Sequence record: MG592456.1
Length of the DNA stretch: 64,000 nt
Strand: one strand, 5' to 3'
How positions within the stretch are numbered: the stretch's first letter is position 1; the number at the start of each line of letters is the position of its first letter. The notes below the pieces were generated by a model. The model was given only the letters and a program-made list of their open reading frames with translations. It had not been told where the DNA came from and searched no databases. This document shows positions 32,711-41,947 of this stretch, piece by piece. The position numbers were made by a program, and so were the translations under genes.

Positions 32711-33300
32711 TTGAAGTTTTAAATTTATTTGTTACTCACAAGTGCGAGTTATCCTGTTCTTTTTGTTTTAGTAAAAACGCAAGAGAACGTCATCCCATAA
32801 CTAATCGAGATAATATTCGCAGCCATAACATCAATGCTCATAAATCAGGCATTGAGTTGATTCGATACTGTGGCGGAGAGCCGCTAGAAGAGTTTGAGTT
32901 CCTGCGGGAGTTAATATTATCAGCCCCTAGTGGCGTTATGCTGTCAGTGAATACAAATGCTAGAAATCTAACATCAGATATGGTCGAATTCTTTAATGAA
33001 CATGACGTACTATTGCAAATATCTGTTGATGGGTATGATCGAGGCGAGCGTCCGTTGATTAATTTAGATATTGATTTGCTAAACAGCGTTAGTCGACTTG
33101 GGGTTAACCAACTTCTATTTTTCCCGTTCGACGTCATAGCGATAAAAGAAGCACTCCCGACAATCGAATTTTACGAGGTCAGTAACGTCAACTGGAAAAA
33201 TAGTGCTGGCATACCATTAGAAATATCTCACATTTCAGATTTGAAATTGAATGGGATTAATTATTTCACACGCGAGACAACCGTATGGCATCACACATAG
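32707..33300 (+). CDS. Short radical SAM protein (no SPASM domain)
   Basis: CELSCSFC (CxxxCxxC), GGEPL, NTNA, QISVDG. Confidence 0.9.
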   Translation: MIEVLNLFVTHKCELSCSFCFSKNARERHPITNRDNIRSHNINAHKSGIELIRYCGGEPLEEFEFLRELILSAPSGVMLSVNTNARNLTSDMVEFFNEHDVLLQISVDGYDRGERPLINLDIDLLNSVSRLGVNQLLFFPFDVIAIKEALPTIEFYEVSNVNWKNSAGIPLEISHISDLKLNGINYFTRETTVWHHT

Positions 33301-33302
33301 CT

Positions 33303-33310
33303 TATAAATA
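33303..33310 (+). promoter_or_regulatory. T4-type late promoter
   Basis: Exact TATAAATA upstream of 33349. Confidence 0.8.
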
Positions 33311-33348
33311 ACTGTGATATCAATCACGTTAATTTATAGGAGAATTTC

Positions 33349-33876
33349 ATGGCATTACCACCTAGTGGCTCAATGACCGCAGCTATGATAAATGACGAAC
33401 TCGGCAGATCATCAACCGCCGCTTTTAGTATGAACGGGTCTGAAGAAAGAACACTCGCTCAGAAGTCAAGTGGTACGATTTCTATGTACGATTTCTATAA
33501 CAAAAGTTCAGGGAGTGTGATGACAGTTGGATATAATAGCGCATTAGTAGGGGGATCATACGGATATCATTCAGATGGAGGTTCGCTTTCTGTTCCATTT
33601 GGGGCTCTATCTCCCAATACATTTGACGATACCACCGTCACGTCACTATATAGCGGGGGGTTCAACAGAGCGATTCAAATACGTACTAAGTACAACGCAA
33701 ACACAACCGCGATTAGAATTGTTGTTGACGATCGTCCGGATGTCCACGTTGTGACGTATAGCGCCCGGGATGGACAAACGGGGGACATGATTTTCAATGG
33801 GACCGTATTCGACTCATTGTATGATTACTTGGCAAGTAACTCAAGCGTTAAAGTCGTATTCTCTCGCGTATTATAA
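33349..33876 (+). CDS. Putative tail-fibre adhesin C
   Basis: Same N-terminus; unrelated beta-rich C-terminus (MTVG...GY...FG.LSP). Confidence 0.6.
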   Translation: MALPPSGSMTAAMINDELGRSSTAAFSMNGSEERTLAQKSSGTISMYDFYNKSSGSVMTVGYNSALVGGSYGYHSDGGSLSVPFGALSPNTFDDTTVTSLYSGGFNRAIQIRTKYNANTTAIRIVVDDRPDVHVVTYSARDGQTGDMIFNGTVFDSLYDYLASNSSVKVVFSRVL

Positions 33877-33895
33877 CATAAACAAGGATAACTCC

Positions 33896-34168
33896 ATGAA
33901 TATTTTTAGTAGAATTTTACTGGCAATTAATCAATCAGCATGTTTAATCTTCACCGGTCGAAACGACATGACCTTGTCGGGACGTTCTTATATTAAACAC
34001 AAAGAACAAGGTAAATCGAATTGGTACAATTTCGTCAATTTCTTATTCTTTTGGCAAGAAGATCATTGTCGTGATGCTATGATCTGGGAATATCGAGCGG
34101 CTCGTACCATGACGGAGAGATACGCTGATTTGTATAAAGAAGCGCATGACGATAAGTTCGGGGAGTGA
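33896..34168 (+). CDS. Hypothetical protein of a family often next to tail-fibre genes
   Basis: LLAINQ...TLSGRS...FLFFWQEDHC; family recalled, not searched. Confidence 0.55.
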   Translation: MNIFSRILLAINQSACLIFTGRNDMTLSGRSYIKHKEQGKSNWYNFVNFLFFWQEDHCRDAMIWEYRAARTMTERYADLYKEAHDDKFGE

Positions 34169-34172
34169 TTTT

Positions 34173-34201
34173 AAGCGAAAGTCGTTGACTTTCGCTTTTT
34201 T
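34173..34201 (+). terminator. Intrinsic terminator containing a TTGACT hexamer
   Basis: AAGCGAAAGTC-gtt-GACTTTCGCTT followed by a T-run. Confidence 0.8.
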
Positions 34202-34244
34202 GTATGTGAAACTTTATCTAAATCACATTACCTGAGGGAAAATT

Positions 34245-34628
34245 ATGAAACGTCAACTAAAAATCGCAATTCTTGCCGCAACGCTCCTGTCTTCTAGTGC
34301 ATTATCTGCATCACCTGCATCTGAACCCGCACCTTCAGCTCTGAATGCAACTCTGGGTCAGGTTCTTGCGCTCACACAATTCTGTTCTGACAATGAGTTT
34401 GAGATCACTCGCTACATGAAAATTAAGTATGATGCCGCTATCGTCTACCTCTATGCTCAAAAAATCGATTATGATCGAATCGAAATCGAGCGTGCGAAAT
34501 CGAAAAACATGAACTTGATGAATGCAGCCCTTGCCAATCATTTAGTACCTGAAGCAAAATCCGCGTGTGCTGACTTACTTCCGGACGTTATTGAAACACT
34601 GAAAATATACGACACGCTCGGGCATTAA
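34245..34628 (+). CDS. Secreted hypothetical protein
   Basis: Signal peptide MKRQLKIAILAATLLSSSALSA; Cys pair. Confidence 0.7.
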   Translation: MKRQLKIAILAATLLSSSALSASPASEPAPSALNATLGQVLALTQFCSDNEFEITRYMKIKYDAAIVYLYAQKIDYDRIEIERAKSKNMNLMNAALANHLVPEAKSACADLLPDVIETLKIYDTLGH

Positions 34629-34660
34629 ATAACCCATATACTAAACGATAGGGAATTATA

Positions 34661-35263
34661 ATGTTTGCGCCTTTAACAGAAAGATTTGTAAATGCGGTCG
34701 GTGATGGCGATCGAGCGGTGAAAGAAAAATACGCGGATCAAGTGTGGGAGTTGCTGCAACGCTCATATCAGAAGATCGGTGGTATCAAAGGCTCTGGTTT
34801 TGAAAATAAGCAGTCTATGATCGAGAATATACCGATGTGGAAAATGGTTGTTCAATCTGGGGTAGTGCGTGCCGTCATCTTGTACAAAGATAAAGGCGGC
34901 CGTAAATCAGTAGCGATGGGGTCGGACGGCTCTGACTATGCAAAGAAACACTTGCCTTCAATTATCTCGGCTGACATTACACGTTCATTCGGTGAGAAAT
35001 CGAAAGCCGCACTCGGTGCAGTTCTGAAAATCATACCGTGGGATATCATTCAGCATTATATCAAGACCCCTGAGCAGGCGCAGAAAGTTTTGGGCAAAGC
35101 AACTATACCAATCAAGTTTGTTGATAAATCTGAGTGGCCGGAAGATGCTCAAGCTACTATTGCTAAATTCCCGCATTTGATTGATTATGGTTATTTGCGC
35201 AGTCTTAAAGGTAAGATGGCCTTTAAAGTACTTATCGGATCACCGGGTAATGAAATTAAATAG
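34661..35263 (+). CDS. Conserved hypothetical protein, probably late, possible GNAT-like fold
   Basis: VWELLQRSY..IGGIKGSGF...IP.WK...AVILYKD..GRK; ATTAAATA at 34624-34631. Confidence 0.55.
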   Translation: MFAPLTERFVNAVGDGDRAVKEKYADQVWELLQRSYQKIGGIKGSGFENKQSMIENIPMWKMVVQSGVVRAVILYKDKGGRKSVAMGSDGSDYAKKHLPSIISADITRSFGEKSKAALGAVLKIIPWDIIQHYIKTPEQAQKVLGKATIPIKFVDKSEWPEDAQATIAKFPHLIDYGYLRSLKGKMAFKVLIGSPGNEIK

Positions 35264-35322
35264 CTTGACATTCTAATGTAGAGCTGTCAGAATACAGTCT
35301 GAATTGATTAATAGAGAACGAT

Positions 35323-35886
35323 ATGAACATTTTATATTTGCACGGCTGGGGCAGTCATTACGACCCTACTAATGAAAAAATTGTTGAACTATCAAAGATT
35401 GGTACAGTTTCTGGATTCACAATTGATTATTGTGTTGACGCGACCGTAATTGAGTCATTACTTGTAAAACACGTCATTAACGCGAAAATCGATTTGATTG
35501 TTGGTACTAGTCTTGGTGGGTTTTGGGCTGCTAGCGTTGGTTCAGTAACTGGTGTTCCATTCGTCTCTATCAATCCAGCATTAGATCCAAGCACTTCATT
35601 AAATCACTATATCGGGAATGGCATCACATATTCAGGTAATGAATACTTGCTGACTCAAGACGTAATCGATACATATAAATTATATGATTTCGACTTGTAC
35701 GGCTGTGGATTGATCTTGCTTGATAAAGCAGACAAAGTTGTCGATAACGTTGCGACTCAAGCCAAGATGGACGGTCATTACGAAGTTGAAATGTTCGAAG
35801 GTGGTTCTCATCGATTCGAACATATGAAAGAAAGTCTTCCGTTGATCAAGTATCATTACGGGATATCTCAAATTGTTTACAACTAA
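35323..35886 (+). CDS. YqiA/YcfP-family alpha/beta hydrolase
   Basis: LYLHGWGS, GTSLGG nucleophile elbow, INPA, LLD..D, GGSHRF. Confidence 0.9.
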   Translation: MNILYLHGWGSHYDPTNEKIVELSKIGTVSGFTIDYCVDATVIESLLVKHVINAKIDLIVGTSLGGFWAASVGSVTGVPFVSINPALDPSTSLNHYIGNGITYSGNEYLLTQDVIDTYKLYDFDLYGCGLILLDKADKVVDNVATQAKMDGHYEVEMFEGGSHRFEHMKESLPLIKYHYGISQIVYN

Positions 35887-35964
35887 AGTTTAACACGTTA
35901 GAAAATCGAGCTATAATAGCCCACGAGCAATAACGCTCATTAAGCATAAAATGGGAGCCATACA

Positions 35965-37455
35965 ATGCTAACTTTCAAAAAAAATCTACCTGCATCAACA
36001 GACAGCTACAAAGTTTCTCACTGGTTACAATTCATGTCAGGATTGCAATTCAGCCAATATTACGTCGAAAGCCGGGGTGGCAAATTTGACAAGGTAATGG
36101 TCGATGGTATGGCATACATGTGCCGTATTCTAGAGCAAGGGGTAACAAGTGGCGACGTGAAATATGCAAAACGTCTATTCCAAAAGCACTTTGGTTCAGA
36201 AGTCTTCAACACTACGGGTTGGGACACTATCGTTAACGAGCTTGATGGCAAGTTACCGATTCGAATTCGCGCTATACGTGAAGGCGAAGTGATTCCAGTA
36301 AAAACCCCATTGTTGGTGATTGAAAACACCGATCCTCGTTTCGGCTGGCTACCCGGCTATCTCGAAACGTTTATCTTACGTGCAATTTGGTACCCGACGA
36401 CTGTAGCAACCGTTTCATTCGAAGTGAAGAAAATCATCCGTAGTTTCATGAAAAAAACTGTAAACGATGATCAAATCGCTGGCGGTGAGCCGTTCAAGCT
36501 GCATGACTTCGGATCTCGTGGCGTATCAAGCGGTGAATCTGCATCTATTGGTGGCGGTTCTCACTTGAAAAACTTCTGGGGCACTGACAACGTCGAAGCA
36601 TTAATGGCTGTCGAACAAATCTATGCGCCTGACGTTGAAGAATTCATTGCGGGATTCTCTATCCCTGCACGTGAGCATTCAACAACGACAATCTACACTG
36701 AAATGCACGAAGACGCAGCATTCTTGAACAGCATCGAGCAGTTTGGCAGCGGGCTATATGCTTGCGTGATGGACAGCTATAATTACGACGCGGCAATGGA
36801 ACGTATCTCGACCGGTCGTTTCAAAGAACTTATCATTGCGAAAGGCGGTACATTTGTTGCTCGTCCTGACTCTGGTGTTCCTGTAGATGTAGTAATGCGC
36901 GGTCTTGAGATTCTAGGCAAGAATGTTGGCTATACTGTCAACGATAAAGGGTATAAAGTTCTTCACCCTAGCTTCAGAATCATTCAAGGTGATGGTGTTA
37001 ACATCGAAGAAATCCAACGAATTCTTTCTTTCATGGAAAGCAAGAAATGGTCGGCTGAAAACATTGCATTCGGAATGGGTGGTGGATTGCTACAACAATC
37101 TGACCGTGATACTCAACGATTCGCGATGAAGATGTCTGCTGCAATCGTCAATGGCGAATACGTTGCTGTGTTCAAAATGCCAAAGACTGATCCGTCAAAA
37201 GCGTCAAAGTCTGGGTTCTTAGATGTGATTGCAACAAATCCAGATAATCCAAACCCAGCAGAGCGTGGTTATTTCACTGTTAGCAGTGAAGACTACGACA
37301 ACCGAGTTCATTCACAAAGCATTATGCGTACAATCTTTGAGAATGGCGTCACTGTCGAGAACTTCGACCTTGATTACTTCAATGAGGCTCGCAGATTGTC
37401 AGATGTACAGGCGAACTTCACTAACTGTAACGAGTGGAAAGTTAAAACTGACTAG
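35965..37455 (+). CDS. nadV: Nicotinamide phosphoribosyltransferase
   Basis: TDSYKVSH, HDFGSRG, IPAREHS, RPDSG, QGDGV, FGMGGGLLQ..DRDT. Confidence 0.95.
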   Translation: MLTFKKNLPASTDSYKVSHWLQFMSGLQFSQYYVESRGGKFDKVMVDGMAYMCRILEQGVTSGDVKYAKRLFQKHFGSEVFNTTGWDTIVNELDGKLPIRIRAIREGEVIPVKTPLLVIENTDPRFGWLPGYLETFILRAIWYPTTVATVSFEVKKIIRSFMKKTVNDDQIAGGEPFKLHDFGSRGVSSGESASIGGGSHLKNFWGTDNVEALMAVEQIYAPDVEEFIAGFSIPAREHSTTTIYTEMHEDAAFLNSIEQFGSGLYACVMDSYNYDAAMERISTGRFKELIIAKGGTFVARPDSGVPVDVVMRGLEILGKNVGYTVNDKGYKVLHPSFRIIQGDGVNIEEIQRILSFMESKKWSAENIAFGMGGGLLQQSDRDTQRFAMKMSAAIVNGEYVAVFKMPKTDPSKASKSGFLDVIATNPDNPNPAERGYFTVSSEDYDNRVHSQSIMRTIFENGVTVENFDLDYFNEARRLSDVQANFTNCNEWKVKTD

Positions 37456-37618
37456 AGGTACAAATGGACGTACAATGTAACGAGTGTAACGATTGGGTCG
37501 AAGAGACTGAAATGATTGATACGACTGGCAAGTTGTGCTATCACGCGAAAGTCTGTGAGAACTGCTTTTCTGAACTCGAAAGCGACGAAGAATAGACATC
37601 CCAGTGTATGATTTTATG

Positions 37619-37644
37619 AAAAGCCCCGAAAGGGGCTTTTTTTT
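37619..37644 (+). terminator. Intrinsic terminator
   Basis: AAGCCCC-gaaa-GGGGCTT followed by a T-run. Confidence 0.9.
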
Positions 37645-37664
37645 GGCTAAATGCAAAATAATGG

Positions 37665-37731
37665 TTGCACGGAGAGTCAATATACCCGATAATAGCTCTA
37701 TCGAAACAAAACAAACAAAGAGAACATTATG
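37665..37731 (+). promoter_or_regulatory. Early promoter/leader module copy 12
   Basis: TTGCAC-17-GATAAT then AGCTCTATCGAAAC...AGAGAACATTATG. Confidence 0.85.
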
Positions 37732-39826
37732 ACTAAATTAAACATCAAACAAAAGACAATCAACTTTGAGTCTGGGAAAGAGACAATCATTTCCGTCAAC
37801 GGGTGTAACATTGTCTACGTTAGTTTTTGCAACAAGCCGCAAGATGGTTGCTTGAGAAACTACAAAGGGTTTCACGTTTCTTCATTTGCCGGCGACGACA
37901 ATAACCGATGTGTCGGCAAGCGTTACGCAAACTTTTCCGAAGCACGCTCTGCCGGACGCGAGTTTGCAAAGAAGCTTTGGCCCCAACACGCTGCAAAGCA
38001 CGGGTTATAATTAACCTCTGGAGTAACATGACAATTTACAGAATTCGCGCCAAGATGCTCTTGGTGCAGTTCGTCGTATCGAGCGTGAGTGTCATTGGCA
38101 TCCCGCATTTCACGATGTACTATACACTCAACGACGATCTTGCGACTACTTTCGCAACTGAAGAAGAGTGTCAACGATGGGTCGATAATTTCGAGCCGAA
38201 CGAACGCGCACTATGGCGTGTCGAAAAATTCAATCAATAGGTGAGTAAAACATGGGTTCATTTAACACAACATGCGCAGTATCAAAGACTCCAATTCTCG
38301 AAGGACAGCCAGTGCGCGTGTTCTTCTTGGTAATGAATGGCTTTTCCACGAATTATTATGGTAAGCAAGGTCTGTTCAAAAACATTATGATGGGCAGTGA
38401 CTGCTACCCGTGGGATAATTTCAACGTCATTGGTTATCCATTGCTCGGCAAATACGCTGATTACAATCAGTATACGTTTGACGATGAAGTAATGTCTGAT
38501 ATCACGCTTGCTATTATCAACAGCCGATACCATCCAAACCGTGTTGCTGAAGGTAAAAAGCTCGAAGATTACAACTCGTGTCATGATTATATGGACATCG
38601 AGACGATCAGTGACATGCATGAGCTGCAAGAAATGGAACACAGCGGGTCATTGCGTATCAAAGGTTATCATGGTGTGACTGCTATCTGTAAGATGGCAAT
38701 TCACGAAGAAATCTACCAGCAGATGATTATATCAGGTCGCAAACGTGACGGCTGGGGCGAAGATGCAGTAACATTCGACTATCAAGATCAGTGTGAACAG
38801 TACTTCAAGAAGTACGCTGTGAAAGGCTCGATCACGATTGAAAACTTGCGACCTCGTTTTAAAGAAATTCTTGAGAAAGAACTTTTATCCAAACCAGATT
38901 ACACTGAAGAACAGAAAAAAGAACACATCGAACAGTTCCTTGAGATCTATGGTAGTATCGGATCCCCGGATCAAGACGAAAACGACCGTGAGTTATGCCA
39001 CACATACCCAGGAAGAGCGATTCGTGATTGCAAAGACCCTGAGACTCAACGTAAATTAGTTGAAGCGTGGGTTGGTGTGAAATGGACTACTCAATTTTTG
39101 ATGTCACATTCACTTCAATATCAGCCACAAACACTTGGTGGTCAAGATTGGAATTTCGAACGAGAAGCTGAGTACTTGCGTAATCTTGCTGACATTGTAG
39201 AGCCAATGACACCAGAATGGGCATACGAAGAGACAGTCAAGGTGACTAAAGTTCGACCTGAGCCACAACTGACCGTAAGTCGTGAAGAACTTGTCGTGAA
39301 GATCAATGATTTTTATGATCCTACGGACGAAGAACATAAAGAGTTCGTGACTGCGCTAGCTGAGTTAGATGCAGCAGATTGTACCAACTTTACAATCGGT
39401 GATGTGTCGTTAATCGACAATTACTTCAAAGAATATGATTTATTCCGCAAAAAATATGATGACGGAACGATCATTTATATCAAATAGATGTTGACTTAGT
39501 GTCATGAGTAGATTATTCTATTCATGACACCAATAACTGAGAACAATACTATGAATAAAAACAGACTAGTGCTTGAGATACATCATCCGTACCTGTATCG
39601 TTTAGCAGCAAAGATCATGCGTGGTCGACCTAGCGAGTTTCGAAAGAATGCCCTTGCACAGTGGAAGAAGGACATAGGTGATTTCTTCTGGTTGCTTGAA
39701 AAGCTCAATCGCCCCTTGTTTGATATTATACCTAAAACGTTAACCCCTTTGCTGAACTATCATTTTCGCCAAAACGCACCAAACATCTATTACGTTCAAT
39801 TCAGTACTAAAAGTGAGAACACATAA
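37729..39826 (+). CDS. Hypothetical ORFs 37729-38010, 38028-38240, 38252-39487, 39551-39826
   Basis: Tiling; the 411-aa protein begins MGSFNTTCAVSKTPI. Confidence 0.7.
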
Positions 39827-40554
39827 TGAAAAAATTTCTAACAATCGCAATCGTATCTGCATCATTACTACTTACTGGCTGTGCAGCCGAAACCGTTGAA
39901 GAAAGCACAATTGAATCACTCGTTGGCGCCAGACCAACGCTGTCACAAACGGAAATTGCAATGCTTGACAAGTTCGGGGTAAGTTCATTTCTAAGTCGCT
40001 ACGATTCGACATATGAAGCAATCTCGAAATCACGCATTAAGTTTGGGCAGGAAATCATTGTTCGCTCAGATACAGAAGTTCCATTCTGTGATGTGCTATC
40101 AGTTTTGTTAGCTGATGAAGACAAGAGCGGTCAAGACGATAGAAGTTATTCATTGAACAATCAGTGGAAGGCGAGTTATGGCATTACACTGCAAGAACAA
40201 TGTCGCGAAGTCGCTCAGACCAGCGCTGCTGAATACGAAGACGCTCTGGTTCTAGAACAAGAACTGTTGAAGGCTGAAATTGCAATCGATGGTACTGATA
40301 CTGTCGTCACTAAAGATGAAGTCCTAGTGGCTAATGTCATCGAAGATACAGTCATCATTGATGATGAAGCTCTCCTATCACCATCGATGGTTCGTGAGCT
40401 TAGACAGTCAATTACAGACTGCAATCGAGCTAAAGTGAAGCTGATGGGAATCATGGATCAAGGTGAACCGCTCACGACTTCGCATTACAACGAAGTTGAA
40501 AAACTCAACCTACAATGTGAAATGCATTTACTTGAAGTTGAGATTAACGGATGA
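39826..40554 (+). CDS. Lipoprotein, paralog of 28545-29168
   Basis: Lipobox LTGC; shared motifs. Confidence 0.8.
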   Translation: MKKFLTIAIVSASLLLTGCAAETVEESTIESLVGARPTLSQTEIAMLDKFGVSSFLSRYDSTYEAISKSRIKFGQEIIVRSDTEVPFCDVLSVLLADEDKSGQDDRSYSLNNQWKASYGITLQEQCREVAQTSAAEYEDALVLEQELLKAEIAIDGTDTVVTKDEVLVANVIEDTVIIDDEALLSPSMVRELRQSITDCNRAKVKLMGIMDQGEPLTTSHYNEVEKLNLQCEMHLLEVEING

Positions 40555-40826
40555 TTACAGCACAGCAAGCACGAGAACTTTCAAACACTTACATCGCACT
40601 CGGTAAAGCACTAGAGCAAGCGTATGTTCAAATTGAAGCTCAATGTCGCAATATAAAAACATCAGACGATAGCAAGATTCGCTTCATGCATGACCGATGC
40701 TTTGAAACCCCCACCGGTTCTAGTTATATTGCAGATGAACTTCGACTGCATGGGTATACTGTTGACGACTCGGATGAAGTGGATCGGAAAGATAACAACT
40801 ACCGTACGATCATCATTACATGGTAA
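40551..40826 (+). CDS. Hypothetical protein
   Basis: MITAQQARELS start; coupled to the upstream gene. Confidence 0.7.
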   Translation: MITAQQARELSNTYIALGKALEQAYVQIEAQCRNIKTSDDSKIRFMHDRCFETPTGSSYIADELRLHGYTVDDSDEVDRKDNNYRTIIITW

Positions 40827-40835
40827 TACATGAAC

Positions 40836-40863
40836 AAAAAGCCGACACTTAGTCGGCTTTTTT
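40836..40863 (+). terminator. Intrinsic terminator
   Basis: AGCCGAC-actta-GTCGGCT followed by a T-run; same stem as 21951. Confidence 0.85.
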
Positions 40864-40874
40864 CGTTTTATAGG

Positions 40875-40942
40875 TTGTGCTCTTGGTCATAATCGCCTAT
40901 TATAGCTTTATCGAAACGACAATTACTAAAGAGAACATTATG
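40875..40942 (+). promoter_or_regulatory. Early promoter/leader module copy 13
   Basis: TTGTGC-17-TATTAT then AGCTTTATCGAAAC...AGAGAACATTATG. Confidence 0.85.
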
Positions 40943-41491
40943 ACTAACTTAACAGCGTATCTACTAGAAGAAGCAAACGAATTAGCAGTATTAGTTGAAT
41001 TAGAAAACGGTGCGCGTTATGCACTTCAGCATCACTTTGACTCTGTTGGTCAAGCAGAACACACAATTGCTAAGATTAACAAAGCTCAAAAAATCAACTT
41101 AGAGTATTGGTCTGAAATTGATCCTTGTTATGGCTCAGAACGTCATTCAGAAATCGGTGATTTTCATTTGATGGCAGAAGATGAGTTCAATCACGGACAT
41201 GAGTGCGGATACTGGTAAATATCCGTTTACTCTCTGAGTGTATTAGTGTAGAATCACGTTAAACGCACTCAGAGAGTCACAGACATGATTGAATTAGTAA
41301 TTGATATGATTCGATTACGTATAAACGAACTCCCGTTCACGAAGCAGCTAGACTACGACATGCAAGTCAAAGTTTGGGATTATCTGTTCTCGTTGGACGA
41401 AAAGACGCTTTGTACGTTTGAGAAACACAGTGAGACGCCGGAAGGCGCAAGAAAGATACTTAACTTTTTAAAGAAAAAACTTGGAGAATAG
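40940..41491 (+). CDS. Hypothetical ORFs 40940-41218 and 41285-41491
   Basis: ORF track with adjusted start. Confidence 0.7.
41226..41277 (+). promoter_or_regulatory. Sigma70-type promoter overlapped by a 12-bp inverted repeat
   Basis: TTTACT-17-TAGAAT; ACTCTCTGAGTG (41229-41240) / CACTCAGAGAGT (41266-41277). Confidence 0.65.
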
Positions 41492-41494
41492 AAT

Positions 41495-41947
41495 ATGTCG
41501 TATGAATCAGTGTTTAATGGAACGAATCGTTATAAAGTTTTACGTGAAGGTCGTGAATACATCAACAAAGTTGCACATCGCCATGGGGCAGTCGAGAAAG
41601 GTATTTACGTGACGGTTGATTATCATGTGATTGATCGCATTATGGATCACTCATTCCCAGCACGTGTATTTGAAATTATCATCGGTCGTTTAATTAAAAA
41701 TCACCAAGACGAAATCTTGCAGCTTGCAAATATGCCATCAGAAGAACGACCGCGCCACATCAACGTGTACGGAAACAAGCCAGATTCCCCGTACATGGTC
41801 GGCATCACAGTCAACAAAGCGCAGACTGGCAAAGTATACGTGAACTTGCGAACGTGCTATAAAGAGCGCAACAGCAAGCACAGAGTACGCACGATTGACT
41901 CATACAAAATCCGAGTCAAGTCAAGTGATGAGCTAGACGCAGTATGA
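41495..41947 (+). CDS. regB: RegB-like site-specific endoribonuclease
   Basis: By-eye match to T4 RegB: HVIDR vs HLLDR; IKNHQDEILQLANMP vs IKDHVLEVNEFLSMP; RPRHI vs RPGRL; VGITVNK vs LGFTVCK. Confidence 0.7.
   Translation: MSYESVFNGTNRYKVLREGREYINKVAHRHGAVEKGIYVTVDYHVIDRIMDHSFPARVFEIIIGRLIKNHQDEILQLANMPSEERPRHINVYGNKPDSPYMVGITVNKAQTGKVYVNLRTCYKERNSKHRVRTIDSYKIRVKSSDELDAV

Noticed and set aside
32707-33300. Calling this radical SAM protein QueE
   Set aside because: It lacks the SIQGEG N-terminus and QueE C-terminal motifs, and a genuine QueE is at 51179; left as a generic radical SAM
29404-33876. DGR or invertase shufflon behind adhesin variation
   Set aside because: No reverse transcriptase or recombinase in the window, all copies are co-oriented, and the differences are whole domains rather than adenine-specific changes
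6312-40940. Recurring peptide (S/N)FIETQLTENIM at the start of several track ORFs (6312, 19514, 20057, 20413; similar at 5713, 13668, 40877)
   Set aside because: It is the translation of the repeated promoter/leader DNA; the real starts are the ATGs after AGAGAACATT
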